From TPA_inf: Saccharomyces (Eukaryota), in contig BK006948.2 of NCBI GenBank assembly GCA_000146045.2, positions 576,001 to 640,000 of the forward strand: a DNA stretch of 64,000 nucleotides, written 5' to 3'. A program made the translations under genes and the position numbers. Below, in pieces: positions 46,801-57,838 of this stretch. Position 1 is the first letter of the stretch. Every line of letters starts with the position of its first letter. The notes beneath the pieces are model-generated. The model saw only the letters and a list, made by a program, of their open reading frames with translations, made no database searches and was not told the origin of the DNA.

Positions 46801-48375
46801 GAAGTTATTAAAATTCTTGAAATGGAAAAATATGCTGATGCTGTTGTTGGTGTTGCTGGTGAAGGTTTAAACGTTGAACAAAGAAAAAGATTAACCATTG
46901 GTGTTGAATTAACTGCCAAACCAAAACTGTTGGTCTTTTTAGATGAACCTACTTCTGGTTTGGATTCTCAAACTGCTTGGTCTATTTGTCAGCTAATGAA
47001 AAAGTTGGCAAATCATGGTCAAGCAATTCTATGTACTATTCACCAACCCTCTGCTATTTTGATGCAAGAATTCGATCGTTTACTATTTATGCAACGTGGT
47101 GGTAAGACTGTCTACTTTGGCGACTTGGGCGAAGGTTGTAAAACTATGATCGATTATTTTGAAAGCCATGGTGCTCATAAATGCCCTGCTGACGCCAACC
47201 CAGCTGAATGGATGCTAGAAGTTGTTGGTGCAGCTCCAGGCTCTCATGCAAATCAAGATTATTACGAAGTTTGGAGGAATTCTGAAGAGTACAGGGCCGT
47301 TCAATCTGAATTAGATTGGATGGAAAGAGAATTACCAAAGAAAGGTTCGATAACTGCAGCTGAGGACAAACACGAATTTTCACAATCAATTATTTATCAA
47401 ACAAAATTGGTCAGTATTCGTCTATTCCAGCAATATTGGAGATCTCCAGATTATTTATGGTCGAAGTTTATTTTAACTATTTTCAATCAATTGTTCATCG
47501 GTTTCACTTTCTTCAAAGCAGGAACCTCGCTACAGGGTTTACAAAATCAAATGTTGGCTGTGTTCATGTTTACGGTTATTTTCAATCCTATTCTACAACA
47601 ATACCTACCATCTTTTGTCCAGCAAAGAGATTTGTATGAGGCCAGGGAACGCCCCTCAAGGACTTTTTCTTGGATTTCATTTATCTTCGCTCAAATATTC
47701 GTGGAAGTTCCATGGAATATATTGGCAGGTACTATTGCTTATTTTATCTACTATTATCCAATTGGATTTTACTCCAACGCGTCTGCAGCTGGCCAGTTGC
47801 ATGAAAGGGGTGCTTTATTTTGGTTGTTCTCTTGTGCTTTCTACGTTTATGTTGGTTCTATGGGTCTGCTTGTCATTTCATTCAACCAAGTTGCAGAAAG
47901 TGCAGCTAACTTAGCCTCTTTGTTGTTTACAATGTCTTTGTCTTTTTGTGGTGTTATGACTACCCCAAGTGCCATGCCTAGATTTTGGATATTCATGTAC
48001 AGGGTTTCACCTTTGACTTATTTCATTCAGGCTCTGTTGGCTGTTGGTGTTGCTAACGTAGACGTCAAATGCGCTGATTACGAATTGCTAGAATTCACAC
48101 CACCATCCGGTATGACATGTGGGCAGTACATGGAACCATATTTACAACTAGCAAAGACTGGTTACTTAACTGATGAAAATGCCACTGACACCTGTAGTTT
48201 CTGTCAAATATCTACAACCAATGATTACTTAGCTAATGTCAATTCTTTCTACAGTGAGAGATGGAGAAATTATGGTATCTTCATCTGTTATATTGCATTC
48301 AATTATATCGCTGGTGTCTTTTTCTACTGGTTAGCAAGAGTGCCTAAAAAGAACGGTAAACTCTCCAAGAAATAA
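43840..48375 (+). CDS. PDR5: Plasma-membrane pleiotropic-drug-resistance ABC transporter (NBD-TMD)2, 1511 aa
   Basis: Two nucleotide-binding domains: a degenerate NBD1 Walker A GRPGSGCTTLLKS and a canonical NBD2 GASGAGKTTLLDCLAER, with ABC signature and PDR-type TMDs. The 1511 aa length and the PDRE-rich promoter fit PDR5. Confidence 0.95.
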   Translation: MPEAKLNNNVNDVTSYSSASSSTENAADLHNYNGFDEHTEARIQKLARTLTAQSMQNSTQSAPNKSDAQSIFSSGVEGVNPIFSDPEAPGYDPKLDPNSENFSSAAWVKNMAHLSAADPDFYKPYSLGCAWKNLSASGASADVAYQSTVVNIPYKILKSGLRKFQRSKETNTFQILKPMDGCLNPGELLVVLGRPGSGCTTLLKSISSNTHGFDLGADTKISYSGYSGDDIKKHFRGEVVYNAEADVHLPHLTVFETLVTVARLKTPQNRIKGVDRESYANHLAEVAMATYGLSHTRNTKVGNDIVRGVSGGERKRVSIAEVSICGSKFQCWDNATRGLDSATALEFIRALKTQADISNTSATVAIYQCSQDAYDLFNKVCVLDDGYQIYYGPADKAKKYFEDMGYVCPSRQTTADFLTSVTSPSERTLNKDMLKKGIHIPQTPKEMNDYWVKSPNYKELMKEVDQRLLNDDEASREAIKEAHIAKQSKRARPSSPYTVSYMMQVKYLLIRNMWRLRNNIGFTLFMILGNCSMALILGSMFFKIMKKGDTSTFYFRGSAMFFAILFNAFSSLLEIFSLYEARPITEKHRTYSLYHPSADAFASVLSEIPSKLIIAVCFNIIFYFLVDFRRNGGVFFFYLLINIVAVFSMSHLFRCVGSLTKTLSEAMVPASMLLLALSMYTGFAIPKKKILRWSKWIWYINPLAYLFESLLINEFHGIKFPCAEYVPRGPAYANISSTESVCTVVGAVPGQDYVLGDDFIRGTYQYYHKDKWRGFGIGMAYVVFFFFVYLFLCEYNEGAKQKGEILVFPRSIVKRMKKRGVLTEKNANDPENVGERSDLSSDRKMLQESSEEESDTYGEIGLSKSEAIFHWRNLCYEVQIKAETRRILNNVDGWVKPGTLTALMGASGAGKTTLLDCLAERVTMGVITGDILVNGIPRDKSFPRSIGYCQQQDLHLKTATVRESLRFSAYLRQPAEVSIEEKNRYVEEVIKILEMEKYADAVVGVAGEGLNVEQRKRLTIGVELTAKPKLLVFLDEPTSGLDSQTAWSICQLMKKLANHGQAILCTIHQPSAILMQEFDRLLFMQRGGKTVYFGDLGEGCKTMIDYFESHGAHKCPADANPAEWMLEVVGAAPGSHANQDYYEVWRNSEEYRAVQSELDWMERELPKKGSITAAEDKHEFSQSIIYQTKLVSIRLFQQYWRSPDYLWSKFILTIFNQLFIGFTFFKAGTSLQGLQNQMLAVFMFTVIFNPILQQYLPSFVQQRDLYEARERPSRTFSWISFIFAQIFVEVPWNILAGTIAYFIYYYPIGFYSNASAAGQLHERGALFWLFSCAFYVYVGSMGLLVISFNQVAESAANLASLLFTMSLSFCGVMTTPSAMPRFWIFMYRVSPLTYFIQALLAVGVANVDVKCADYELLEFTPPSGMTCGQYMEPYLQLAKTGYLTDENATDTCSFCQISTTNDYLANVNSFYSERWRNYGIFICYIAFNYIAGVFFYWLARVPKKNGKLSKK

Positions 48376-48728
48376 TAGAATTTTGAATTTGGTTAAGAAA
48401 AGAAACTTACCAAGATGGACTTTTTTAATAAACATACATAATCACTACATATAGGTGCGTAATAATAAGTTTTTATTTTTTTTTTCTTAATTCAGCGAGC
48501 TTTCTACATTTCAATTTTCTTGAATTTACCAGCTCTGATAAATCAAAGTTCAATGTCCGAAAGAATTCCGAGAATTTTATTCCTAGGTTATCTCATCGGT
48601 ACTTTTTTTTTATAGGCATCAGCATTTAGTGTGAAAACATTATTTCTTAACTGTGCCTTACGGTTAAAAAGAAAGGACGCAATGGATATAGTTAAAATAT
48701 AAGATATATTATATCATTATCTGTCCGA

Positions 48729-50492
48729 ATGGCGAACCGTCTTCTCATATACGGCCTTATTTTGTGGGTAAGTATAATCGGATCTTTTGCATTAGATAGG
48801 AACAAAACTGCTCAAAATGCGAAGATTGGTCTACATGATACCACTGTGATCACGACTGGAAGTACAACGAACGTGCAGAAAGAACATTCCTCACCACTAT
48901 CCACCGGTTCTTTAAGAACCCATGATTTTAGACAGGCCTCTAAAGTTGACATACGGCAGGCTGACATACGGGAAAACGGTGAGAGGAAAGAGCAAGATGC
49001 ACTAACACAGCCTGCAACACCAAGGAATCCGGGCGATTCGAGTAATTCATTTTTATCGTTCGACGAATGGAAGAAGGTCAAGTCGAAGGAGCACTCATCA
49101 GGCCCTGAACGTCATCTTAGTCGAGTGAGGGAGCCAGTCGATCCCTCTTGCTATAAAGAGAAAGAATGCATAGGAGAAGAGTTGGAAATCGATTTGGGGT
49201 TTTTGACAAACAAAAACGAGTGGAGTGAAAGAGAAGAAAATCAAAAAGGATTCAATGAGGAAAAGGACATAGAGAAAGTTTACAAAAAAAAATTCAACTA
49301 TGCATCCTTGGATTGCGCTGCAACAATTGTCAAAAGCAATCCAGAAGCGATTGGAGCGACTTCTACGTTAATTGAGAGCAAAGACAAGTATTTACTGAAT
49401 CCCTGTTCAGCTCCGCAGCAATTCATTGTTATAGAGCTTTGTGAAGATATCCTGGTGGAGGAAATTGAAATTGCTAATTACGAATTCTTTTCCTCGACCT
49501 TCAAGAGATTTAGGGTGTCAGTTTCTGATAGAATACCGATGGTTAAAAATGAATGGACAATATTAGGAGAATTCGAGGCAAGAAATTCAAGAGAACTACA
49601 AAAGTTTCAAATACATAATCCCCAAATCTGGGCAAGTTATTTGAAAATCGAAATTCTATCCCATTATGAGGACGAATTTTATTGTCCCATATCCTTAATC
49701 AAAGTATATGGTAAATCAATGATGGATGAGTTTAAGATCGATCAACTAAAGGCTCAAGAGGATAAAGAACAATCCATAGGAACTAACAATATAAACAATT
49801 TGAATGAACAAAATATCCAAGACAGATGTAACAATATAGAAACGCGTTTAGAGACTCCAAACACAAGCAATCTCTCAGACTTAGCTGGTGCATTATCATG
49901 TACTTCAAAGCTCATCCCTTTGAAGTTCGATGAATTTTTCAAGGTGCTTAATGCATCCTTTTGTCCTTCCAAGCAAATGATATCTTCTTCTTCTTCTTCG
50001 GCTGTTCCTGTAATTCCAGAAGAATCCATTTTTAAGAACATCATGAAAAGGCTGTCACAACTGGAGACAAATTCTAGTTTGACAGTTTCTTACATTGAGG
50101 AACAGAGCAAACTGCTATCTAAATCGTTTGAACAACTTGAAATGGCGCACGAAGCAAAGTTCAGTCATCTTGTCACGATATTCAACGAAACAATGATGAG
50201 TAATCTAGATCTGCTGAATAACTTTGCCAATCAATTGAAAGATCAATCTTTACGTATATTAGAAGAACAGAAACTGGAGAATGACAAATTTACTAACCGT
50301 CATTTATTGCATTTGGAAAGATTGGAAAAAGAAGTCAGTTTTCAAAGAAGAATTGTTTATGCGTCATTTTTCGCCTTCGTAGGGTTGATATCCTATCTAT
50401 TAATAACGAGAGAGCTTTACTTTGAAGATTTCGAAGAGAGCAAAAATGGCGCTATTGAAAAGGCAGACATTGTTCAACAAGCAATCAGATGA
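48729..50492 (+). CDS. SLP1: ER/nuclear-envelope membrane protein with a SUN-like lumenal domain, 587 aa
   Basis: N-terminal signal/TM segment, a SUN-like region (…LDCAATIVKSNPEAIGATSTLIESKDKYLLNPCSAPQQFIVIELCEDI…) and a C-terminal TM. Size and position match YOR154W. Confidence 0.75.
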   Translation: MANRLLIYGLILWVSIIGSFALDRNKTAQNAKIGLHDTTVITTGSTTNVQKEHSSPLSTGSLRTHDFRQASKVDIRQADIRENGERKEQDALTQPATPRNPGDSSNSFLSFDEWKKVKSKEHSSGPERHLSRVREPVDPSCYKEKECIGEELEIDLGFLTNKNEWSEREENQKGFNEEKDIEKVYKKKFNYASLDCAATIVKSNPEAIGATSTLIESKDKYLLNPCSAPQQFIVIELCEDILVEEIEIANYEFFSSTFKRFRVSVSDRIPMVKNEWTILGEFEARNSRELQKFQIHNPQIWASYLKIEILSHYEDEFYCPISLIKVYGKSMMDEFKIDQLKAQEDKEQSIGTNNINNLNEQNIQDRCNNIETRLETPNTSNLSDLAGALSCTSKLIPLKFDEFFKVLNASFCPSKQMISSSSSSAVPVIPEESIFKNIMKRLSQLETNSSLTVSYIEEQSKLLSKSFEQLEMAHEAKFSHLVTIFNETMMSNLDLLNNFANQLKDQSLRILEEQKLENDKFTNRHLLHLERLEKEVSFQRRIVYASFFAFVGLISYLLITRELYFEDFEESKNGAIEKADIVQQAIR

Positions 50493-50627
50493 ATCCTAGA
50501 GGGCCCATAATCATAATTCTAAGCATAATTCATTCAAGATGAAAAAATCCACCGCCATATATGAGGTGTTTCTATAGGAAATATCTATATACTTTTATAG
50601 TCCTAATTTCATTTTACATAAACTGTT

Positions 50628-51980
50628 TTAATCAGTTTCTAATAATCTATGAAGATAATTCACTGTTTCTTGAGGGGATGCTATCCAGAGGGTACATCCA
50701 GCTAGCCTTGCCTTAAAATCATTTGCTGATCCCACCGGTGCAAACTGATCGCCTACGTGTAAGGTTTCAGAGGGTTGGATAGGAGATTCAGGGTTATAAA
50801 ATTGTTGCAATGAACGAACACCAAGATCTTTCCCCCCAATATCACACCAGACATCACTACCACCATCAAAACAACTAAATTGAATTCTTCTAGATGGGGC
50901 AAAAGACTCTAAAGTGTTTTGAAGGGTTAAAACTATTTCCTCCAGTTGTTCCCTATCAAGCTTAACAGGAACTTGTCTTTTAGAAGCTTCATCGTACCGT
51001 TCGCCTGGGACGATACCCACTGCCCTGACTTTACGGATAATAGAAATCTCTGAAGGTAGGTTTAGTCTTTTTCTTAACCTGTTAAGAGTTCTCTCGGCAA
51101 AGTCCAAAGTCTTTTCCACGTCCTCGAGGGACCAAGCCTTCATTCTAGGCAATAGCCATTCCTCTTTGTCAATTTGTCTAAAGCCAAAGTTATCTTCCTC
51201 CGGGTCTTCATAGTAACGGAAAAGGTAACTCGACTCACCACCCATTATTGTTAAATTCTGCTTTTGAGAAACTGGTATATCAGTTGAATCATGTAATGCA
51301 ACAATTAATCCTTTCAATCTGTTCTCATAGGTTCCAGCTTCATCATATCCGGCCGCAGTGACTATTCCCACATTGATACCGCACCGCAACAGCTTGAGAA
51401 TATAAGGAATTACAGGATTAGTGTAAACCAGGGAGCCACCATCTTCATACAGCGTCACATCTCCATCAAAAGTCACTAATCTCAAAACCTTACCATTATG
51501 TAAGTTCTCCTGTTTCTTAAAGTGAAATATCTGTGCAGTATTCAGGATATGCCTGATATCATTAAAACTGGGTGCTACCATTCTACGCGCCGAAATGGCC
51601 CGTTGTGAGTCTTCCCATAGAAAAGCTTGTTCCAATGGAAGTTCCGTAAAGAATGTTCCAATTGATGGAACCAAAAGATTTAAACGCGATTGTCCTAATA
51701 TATTCAGAGATTGAGAAGAGGCGCCATCTTCAATTTCGTCTTGGCTCATGTTTCTTGAGTCAAATTCTATTTTATCTTTAATCAGCCCTTCAATGTCTTT
51801 AAAGATATCAGCATACTGCGACCTTACACGTTGAGTTGTTGCTAAGTCGTCATTGTAGTCACCTTCATGAGAGACGGCATGTAGAACAAAAGGTGAGGCC
51901 AGTAGCCCCTTTACCCAATCTATAAACTCATCCTTGCGGTGGCTCTTCAAATGATATTCCACTCTATATCTTGAGGACAT
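50628..51980 (-). CDS. ISN1: IMP-specific 5'-nucleotidase, 450 aa
   Basis: HAD-like nucleotidase (…LVTFDGDVTLYEDGG…). The 450 aa length and position match YOR155C. Confidence 0.85.
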   Translation of the reverse strand: MSSRYRVEYHLKSHRKDEFIDWVKGLLASPFVLHAVSHEGDYNDDLATTQRVRSQYADIFKDIEGLIKDKIEFDSRNMSQDEIEDGASSQSLNILGQSRLNLLVPSIGTFFTELPLEQAFLWEDSQRAISARRMVAPSFNDIRHILNTAQIFHFKKQENLHNGKVLRLVTFDGDVTLYEDGGSLVYTNPVIPYILKLLRCGINVGIVTAAGYDEAGTYENRLKGLIVALHDSTDIPVSQKQNLTIMGGESSYLFRYYEDPEEDNFGFRQIDKEEWLLPRMKAWSLEDVEKTLDFAERTLNRLRKRLNLPSEISIIRKVRAVGIVPGERYDEASKRQVPVKLDREQLEEIVLTLQNTLESFAPSRRIQFSCFDGGSDVWCDIGGKDLGVRSLQQFYNPESPIQPSETLHVGDQFAPVGSANDFKARLAGCTLWIASPQETVNYLHRLLETD

Positions 51981-52359
51981 TGCTATTATAAGTTAACTCA
52001 CGATCTTTTGTTACTTTCTTTGAATAGTTTTCTTTTCTTAGTACATTCCTTTACCTTTTAAATTTTGTTAATTTAAGGGCGGCCTGTCCCGCTAAACGTG
52101 GGAAGTGAAAGGACATGAAATATTATAGTGTAATACAGGAAGTATACAGAGAAATCTATAGAAACCTATCACTGCAGATTCGCACACTACACCCATGAAG
52201 TAACCACAGTAGTAAAAAAACATAACAAAAGTCGTAATATTTATCAAAACAAAAACATCATTTACGCCCAAAAGTGGAAGTCAATATTAAGAGCGAAATG
52301 AAACAATAGAAATAAAAATAGAATACAATCGGAAAGGAAAGAAATCAAAAGACGGTTAA

Positions 52360-54491
52360 TCAATCTGATGTTAAATCGACCACTTCCGAGTTATCTTGAG
52401 CCGATGTGTTAAAGTCATTAGTTTGGGCCAGAGTTTTATTCATTATGGCGTGATTTGCCTGTGGTCTCCGTTTCATAAGGGTGGCGTATGGATTCTTCGG
52501 AATGTAGATAGAAACATTAGAATGCCTTCTCTTCCTAATTTTTCCATCATCCCCATGGCCGCTGGTGCTCACGTGTATATATGGAGGGAGATGTGCCGCC
52601 GATGTGGTCCTTGTTGGTAGTTCAGTTTCTGCTTCTGAATTTGGGTCCACAGGGGGGATTGGAGGCAAATCACCTTCGATTCCCAAAAGATTACGATCTT
52701 GAGCTGTGGTATTGTAATTAGGTCCGTAGGGGTTTCTCTGCGCTTCCGTTTGATTAGTCAAATTTTGTAGAACAGCCGGTAATAGTGGCGTTGATGGCCC
52801 TCTATTGTAGAATATTCTGCTGTCACCATTCGTCGCCGTAACGAAAGAATTAATACTGCTATTGTTCGTCGGTGTGTCATTTATATTTGTAGTAGCGCCT
52901 TGGTTCAAAAATGACCTCATTTGAAAAGCATCTTGATAATTATCTTGGTCCATAGTTGGAGAACCTTTCGGCGTTGATGTATGATTGGGGTTGTAGTCAC
53001 TGGATCCTTCCGATTCTGAGGGAAATATATCTGCTCTTAATTGGTCATTACGGGGGTTCACGTGCGTTGGGAAGCTTTTACTAGCCGGAATAAAGGCTTC
53101 ATCATCTGAGCTATCCAGAGATATTATTTCGGGTTCGTTGTGGTTTGAACCATTACGCAAATTAGTATCGAAGGCATTTCGGCTGTCATAATCTTGCTCT
53201 TGTTTGACAGTGCCTTGGTTCTCGTTTTTCACACTGTGATTTTGGTTAACAGTATCCGTTATAACGGCCGAACTATTATGAATCGGTTTCCATGAGCCAT
53301 CAACAGATATCTCAACTTGCTCAACATCTTCATTGCAATTTTGAATAATATTATCTACAAATTCGGAAATCTTCAACTGGTCGAATTTTATAGGGTGTTG
53401 ACAAATCGGACACTGCCATGTAGGGACTTGTGACTGAGAGTGAAGAAACCAGAGAGCATCAAAACATTGGATATGCTTACATTGGTCAGTCTTCGCCGGA
53501 TACTTCATCCTTGTACAAGATATAGGACATTGCAAACTCAGCACCGTGGAGGTTGTAATAATATCGTCATCATCTTGCTCATTCAAGGTTCTTTTGATGT
53601 ATGCTGTGGTGGCTTGCTTGATAATTTTGGGCCTTTTCAGAATTTTCCCCAGAAGAGCTTCAGGTGAAAAAACTTCCACTATAAAGCAACTTATAGAGTA
53701 CTCTTTATCAATATTGAGATAATGTAAGTCTAGGTGATTCATCTCGGTCGGTACTTTAAGATAAGGCGTTAAATTTGCAGGATTACCTGTCCCATTTTGT
53801 TTCTTTAAACCTTTCACGTTGTCCTCTAGTTTGGTGCCATTAAACACTAGTTCACAGGGATACGGGAAATCTATTGCCTCATGGCCCACAGTTTCATATA
53901 TAAACGGTATTGAAAAGCCAGAAAACAAATACAGTTTATAACTCTTGTTAGATTTCAAAAGATCATGATTAGATTTACTTACCTTGAACTTCATTTTTGT
54001 ACAACCTCTTCCTGCAGATTGCTTCAATTTTTTATTGGCATCCGGTATTTGTACTATTGGTTTGTAAAACGGTGAGGTAAAAGAATATGCTAAGGCCTGT
54101 TGTTGGGAATAAGGTGGCAATGCAGTACTCTGGAGAGCTGTCACGGGTAGTTGCCCCGATGCTACAGGATGCTTGAACGCACCCGTCTTTAAAGTTTCCC
54201 AAAGGGTAGAGTATTTTGGTAATGATGAGTTTATCCTTACTTTCGCGATAAGAATCTTAATAGCCTTAGGCCTCCACGGATCTATATGTCCAATATCACA
54301 GGATTTTCTTAAGAATTGTTTTATTCGGTCTTGTAAGACAGCCTTTTTGCCCGTTATGGATAAATCCAGAGATTTGCATATTTGCTTTAACTCTAGAACC
54401 TTTAATTGTTCCATTTCATTTATTGCATCTTTTATTTCATTTATGAGTCCACCACCTGTGTTGGACAAAGGGTTCGTAAACATATAACTGG

Positions 54492-54522
<31 letters not shown>

Positions 54523-54540
54523 TGACATGACACTTGCCAT
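52360..54540 (-). CDS. NFI1: SUMO E3 ligase, Siz/PIAS family (SAP domain plus SP-RING), 726 aa
   Basis: SAP-like N-terminal region (…LKVLELKQICKSLDLSITGKKAVLQDRI…), PINIT region, and SP-RING CPISCTRMKYPAKTDQCKHIQCFDALWFLHSQSQVPTWQCPIC. N-terminal Asn10 run. Confidence 0.9.
54493..54522 (-). repeat. (AAT)10 repeat (plus-strand ATT) encoding Asn10 at the NFI1 N-terminus
   Basis: attattattattattattattattattatt on the plus strand. It is in frame and gives MASVMS-N10-ASYMF. Confidence 0.9.
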
Positions 54541-54965
54541 CGTGCTCTTTTCCCTTATACGTTTCTTGATTATCAGTGTATCGTTTGTGGTATTCTTAGT
54601 TCCTTGATATTTGCCTCAGTAATAGCCCTTTAAAGACCAACAAACGGATGACTATAGAAATGTTAATTTTAGTGTTATGTTATATGTGTGGTACTGAGCT
54701 GTGTTTGTTATATTATGCTCTGTGTGATAAAATAGCTAAAATGGATGGATAAATTAACACGAAAATTAACGAACAAAAATCAACTAACACACTTCAAAGC
54801 ATAAAAAAAAGAAAAAAGAAAAAGAATCAAGAACAAATAATAAGCTCTGCTATAAGAAAATATATTATGTAAATAGTTTTGCGGTTAGTTTTTGACTTCC
54901 TTTATCACATTTTGTTGAACAATGATTTACTATACTAAAATATACTTAAGTTCTATGTTTTACTT

Positions 54966-55751
54966 TCAAGCCGTTATATCGACTTGTTCTTCTTGTATGT
55001 CACAAATATTGACAATACTCTCCTTCAGCACAGCAGTTGTACCCCTGGGGAATTTGTAGCTTTTCTGCTTTTCTTCTCTAACATTTGGAGTCAAGTAATT
55101 CCTCAAGTATTCTGCATCTTTACCTATTTCCATGACACACACATCCACATTAGAACCAGACCCCAAATCATTCCAGATACCAGCCTGGATTGCATCAGAG
55201 GCCAACTTTATGGCTTCCTCCTTCGTAAGGTCTTGCTTCCAGTGTGATTCCAACACAGCCATTGCCGCTAGAGAACCAGATCCTAGAGAAAGGTAGTAGC
55301 CCACGTCAGTAGAACCATGCGCATGAATGGAGAACAAATGAGATCCCGTAGGGTCTACACCTGCAACAATCAAATAAGCACCAATATGACCTTGGTACTT
55401 AAATAGGTGCTGCTTTAGCATTTGTAAAGCTGAGACCACTCTTGGTTCTCTCGAGGTATATAAGGAATGTAATTCAATGTTAGACCCGATCAACTGCGTA
55501 ACTGCCTCAGTATCGGCGGCGGTACCGGCACCAGCACACCATATTTTGGGGGAAATTCTATGCAATTTTGCGCAATTCTTATCTGCGACAATTGGACCTT
55601 GTGTTGATCTTGTATCTGCTGCAATCACCACTCCGTTATTGAATTTTACGCCTACAATGGTGGTACCCGTGGAAGTTGCCTTAGGTTGTGTGTGCGAGTT
55701 TTCCGCTAAGAAATTATTTCTTTGATAATTGTCGAACGATAAACCTGCCAT
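54966..55751 (-). CDS. PUP1: 20S proteasome beta2 subunit (trypsin-like activity), 261 aa
   Basis: Propeptide followed by the mature N-terminus TTIVGVKFNNGVVIAADTR. The native start is MAGLSFDNYQ, the second Met of the track ORF. Confidence 0.9.
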   Translation of the reverse strand: MAGLSFDNYQRNNFLAENSHTQPKATSTGTTIVGVKFNNGVVIAADTRSTQGPIVADKNCAKLHRISPKIWCAGAGTAADTEAVTQLIGSNIELHSLYTSREPRVVSALQMLKQHLFKYQGHIGAYLIVAGVDPTGSHLFSIHAHGSTDVGYYLSLGSGSLAAMAVLESHWKQDLTKEEAIKLASDAIQAGIWNDLGSGSNVDVCVMEIGKDAEYLRNYLTPNVREEKQKSYKFPRGTTAVLKESIVNICDIQEEQVDITA

Positions 55752-55900
55752 GCTCACTCAATTCTATTTTCTACAATCAGGTTTATGTGGGGGGAGTATT
55801 CCTGAAAAAATTTAACGCTTTACTATACAAACTCTCCACCTCAACTGATCACCCTTCTGCTGAATTATTAGTTTATCCTTTTCATCTTTCTTTTTGGTAT

Positions 55901-55909
55901 TTTGCCACT
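55901..55909 (-). promoter_or_regulatory. PACE-like Rpn4 site (AGTGGCAAA, an 8/9 match to GGTGGCAAA) upstream of PUP1
   Basis: Plus strand tttgccact, ~150 bp upstream of the PUP1 ATG. Proteasome genes typically carry PACE. Confidence 0.5.
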
Positions 55910-56160
55910 CGGCCGGGTTATAAAATACGAAACATGGCCCTAATTTACCCGCTTTTACAATAAAGGGTTTGTAATGAGGGTAAAAATATTGGCCCTAATG
56001 AAAAATCACTAGCAACGGAAGTGCAAGTAGAACCCTGAAGTCGCCGAGTAGGAAAGTGATTCCCAAGAGGAGTAGAATAAAGAAGAGAATCTACATATGG
56101 ATTATTTAGGTAATAGTTTCATTGCTGATTGTCAACAACAATAATAACAAGGATAATTGA

Positions 56161-57120
<960 letters not shown>

Positions 57121-57281
57121 ATAACTAATATATATACTACTTCAACATGTCATGTATTCGAAAGTGCCTTAGACGCATTACAACTAAAGAAAAGAAGAAA
57201 AAAAAATCAAATCGAGAATAAATATGCCCATGTATATACGTCACTTGCGAATTGTCTATTTCTCTCGTTCCCCTTTTTCTT

Positions 57282-57566
57282 TCAGTCCGCTGATGTTATC
57301 AATGTGATATTATCGCCTTTCAACAGGATCTTCCCCAAGGGCGTGCCCTTCTCCACATCTTCTTTACCATCGGCACTATTCACAGGAATTTCCACGGCTT
57401 CATCGATGACAACATTCATGAACTCATCAAATCCAACTATTTTACCCTTGATTCTTATGCCGATTTGCTCGAATAACCATATCGTTACTGGTGTTTGCTG
57501 TTGTAAGAAGTTAAATATGCAATTTATTGGTGGCACCATGGCCTTGGTTTTAACTTTGTTCGACAT
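57282..57566 (-). CDS. SME1: Sm E core snRNP protein, 94 aa
   Basis: Sm fold (…VTIWLFEQIGIRIKGKIVGFDEFMNVVIDEAVEI…GKILLKGDNITLI…). Confidence 0.9.
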   Translation of the reverse strand: MSNKVKTKAMVPPINCIFNFLQQQTPVTIWLFEQIGIRIKGKIVGFDEFMNVVIDEAVEIPVNSADGKEDVEKGTPLGKILLKGDNITLITSAD

Positions 57567-57838
57567 TCCAAGCCTCTTGTTTTTCGCTCTATATCCTTCC
57601 TGTGTTCCTTAATCTCCTTTCCTTAGTATTATCTCTTACCTTTACCATCTATTATTGTTATTTCACTTCAATTTTCTATTTCTCTGTTAGATGCTCAGGC
57701 TTTCGGTATAATTGAAAAAAATTTTCGAACATAAGGGATATTGACAAAAAAATAAATGAAGGAAAAAGGCATGAAAATACTCGTTGACAGATCAGTATCA
57801 AGGATTTATTGAGGATATACTAAGGATTAACTTGCGTT

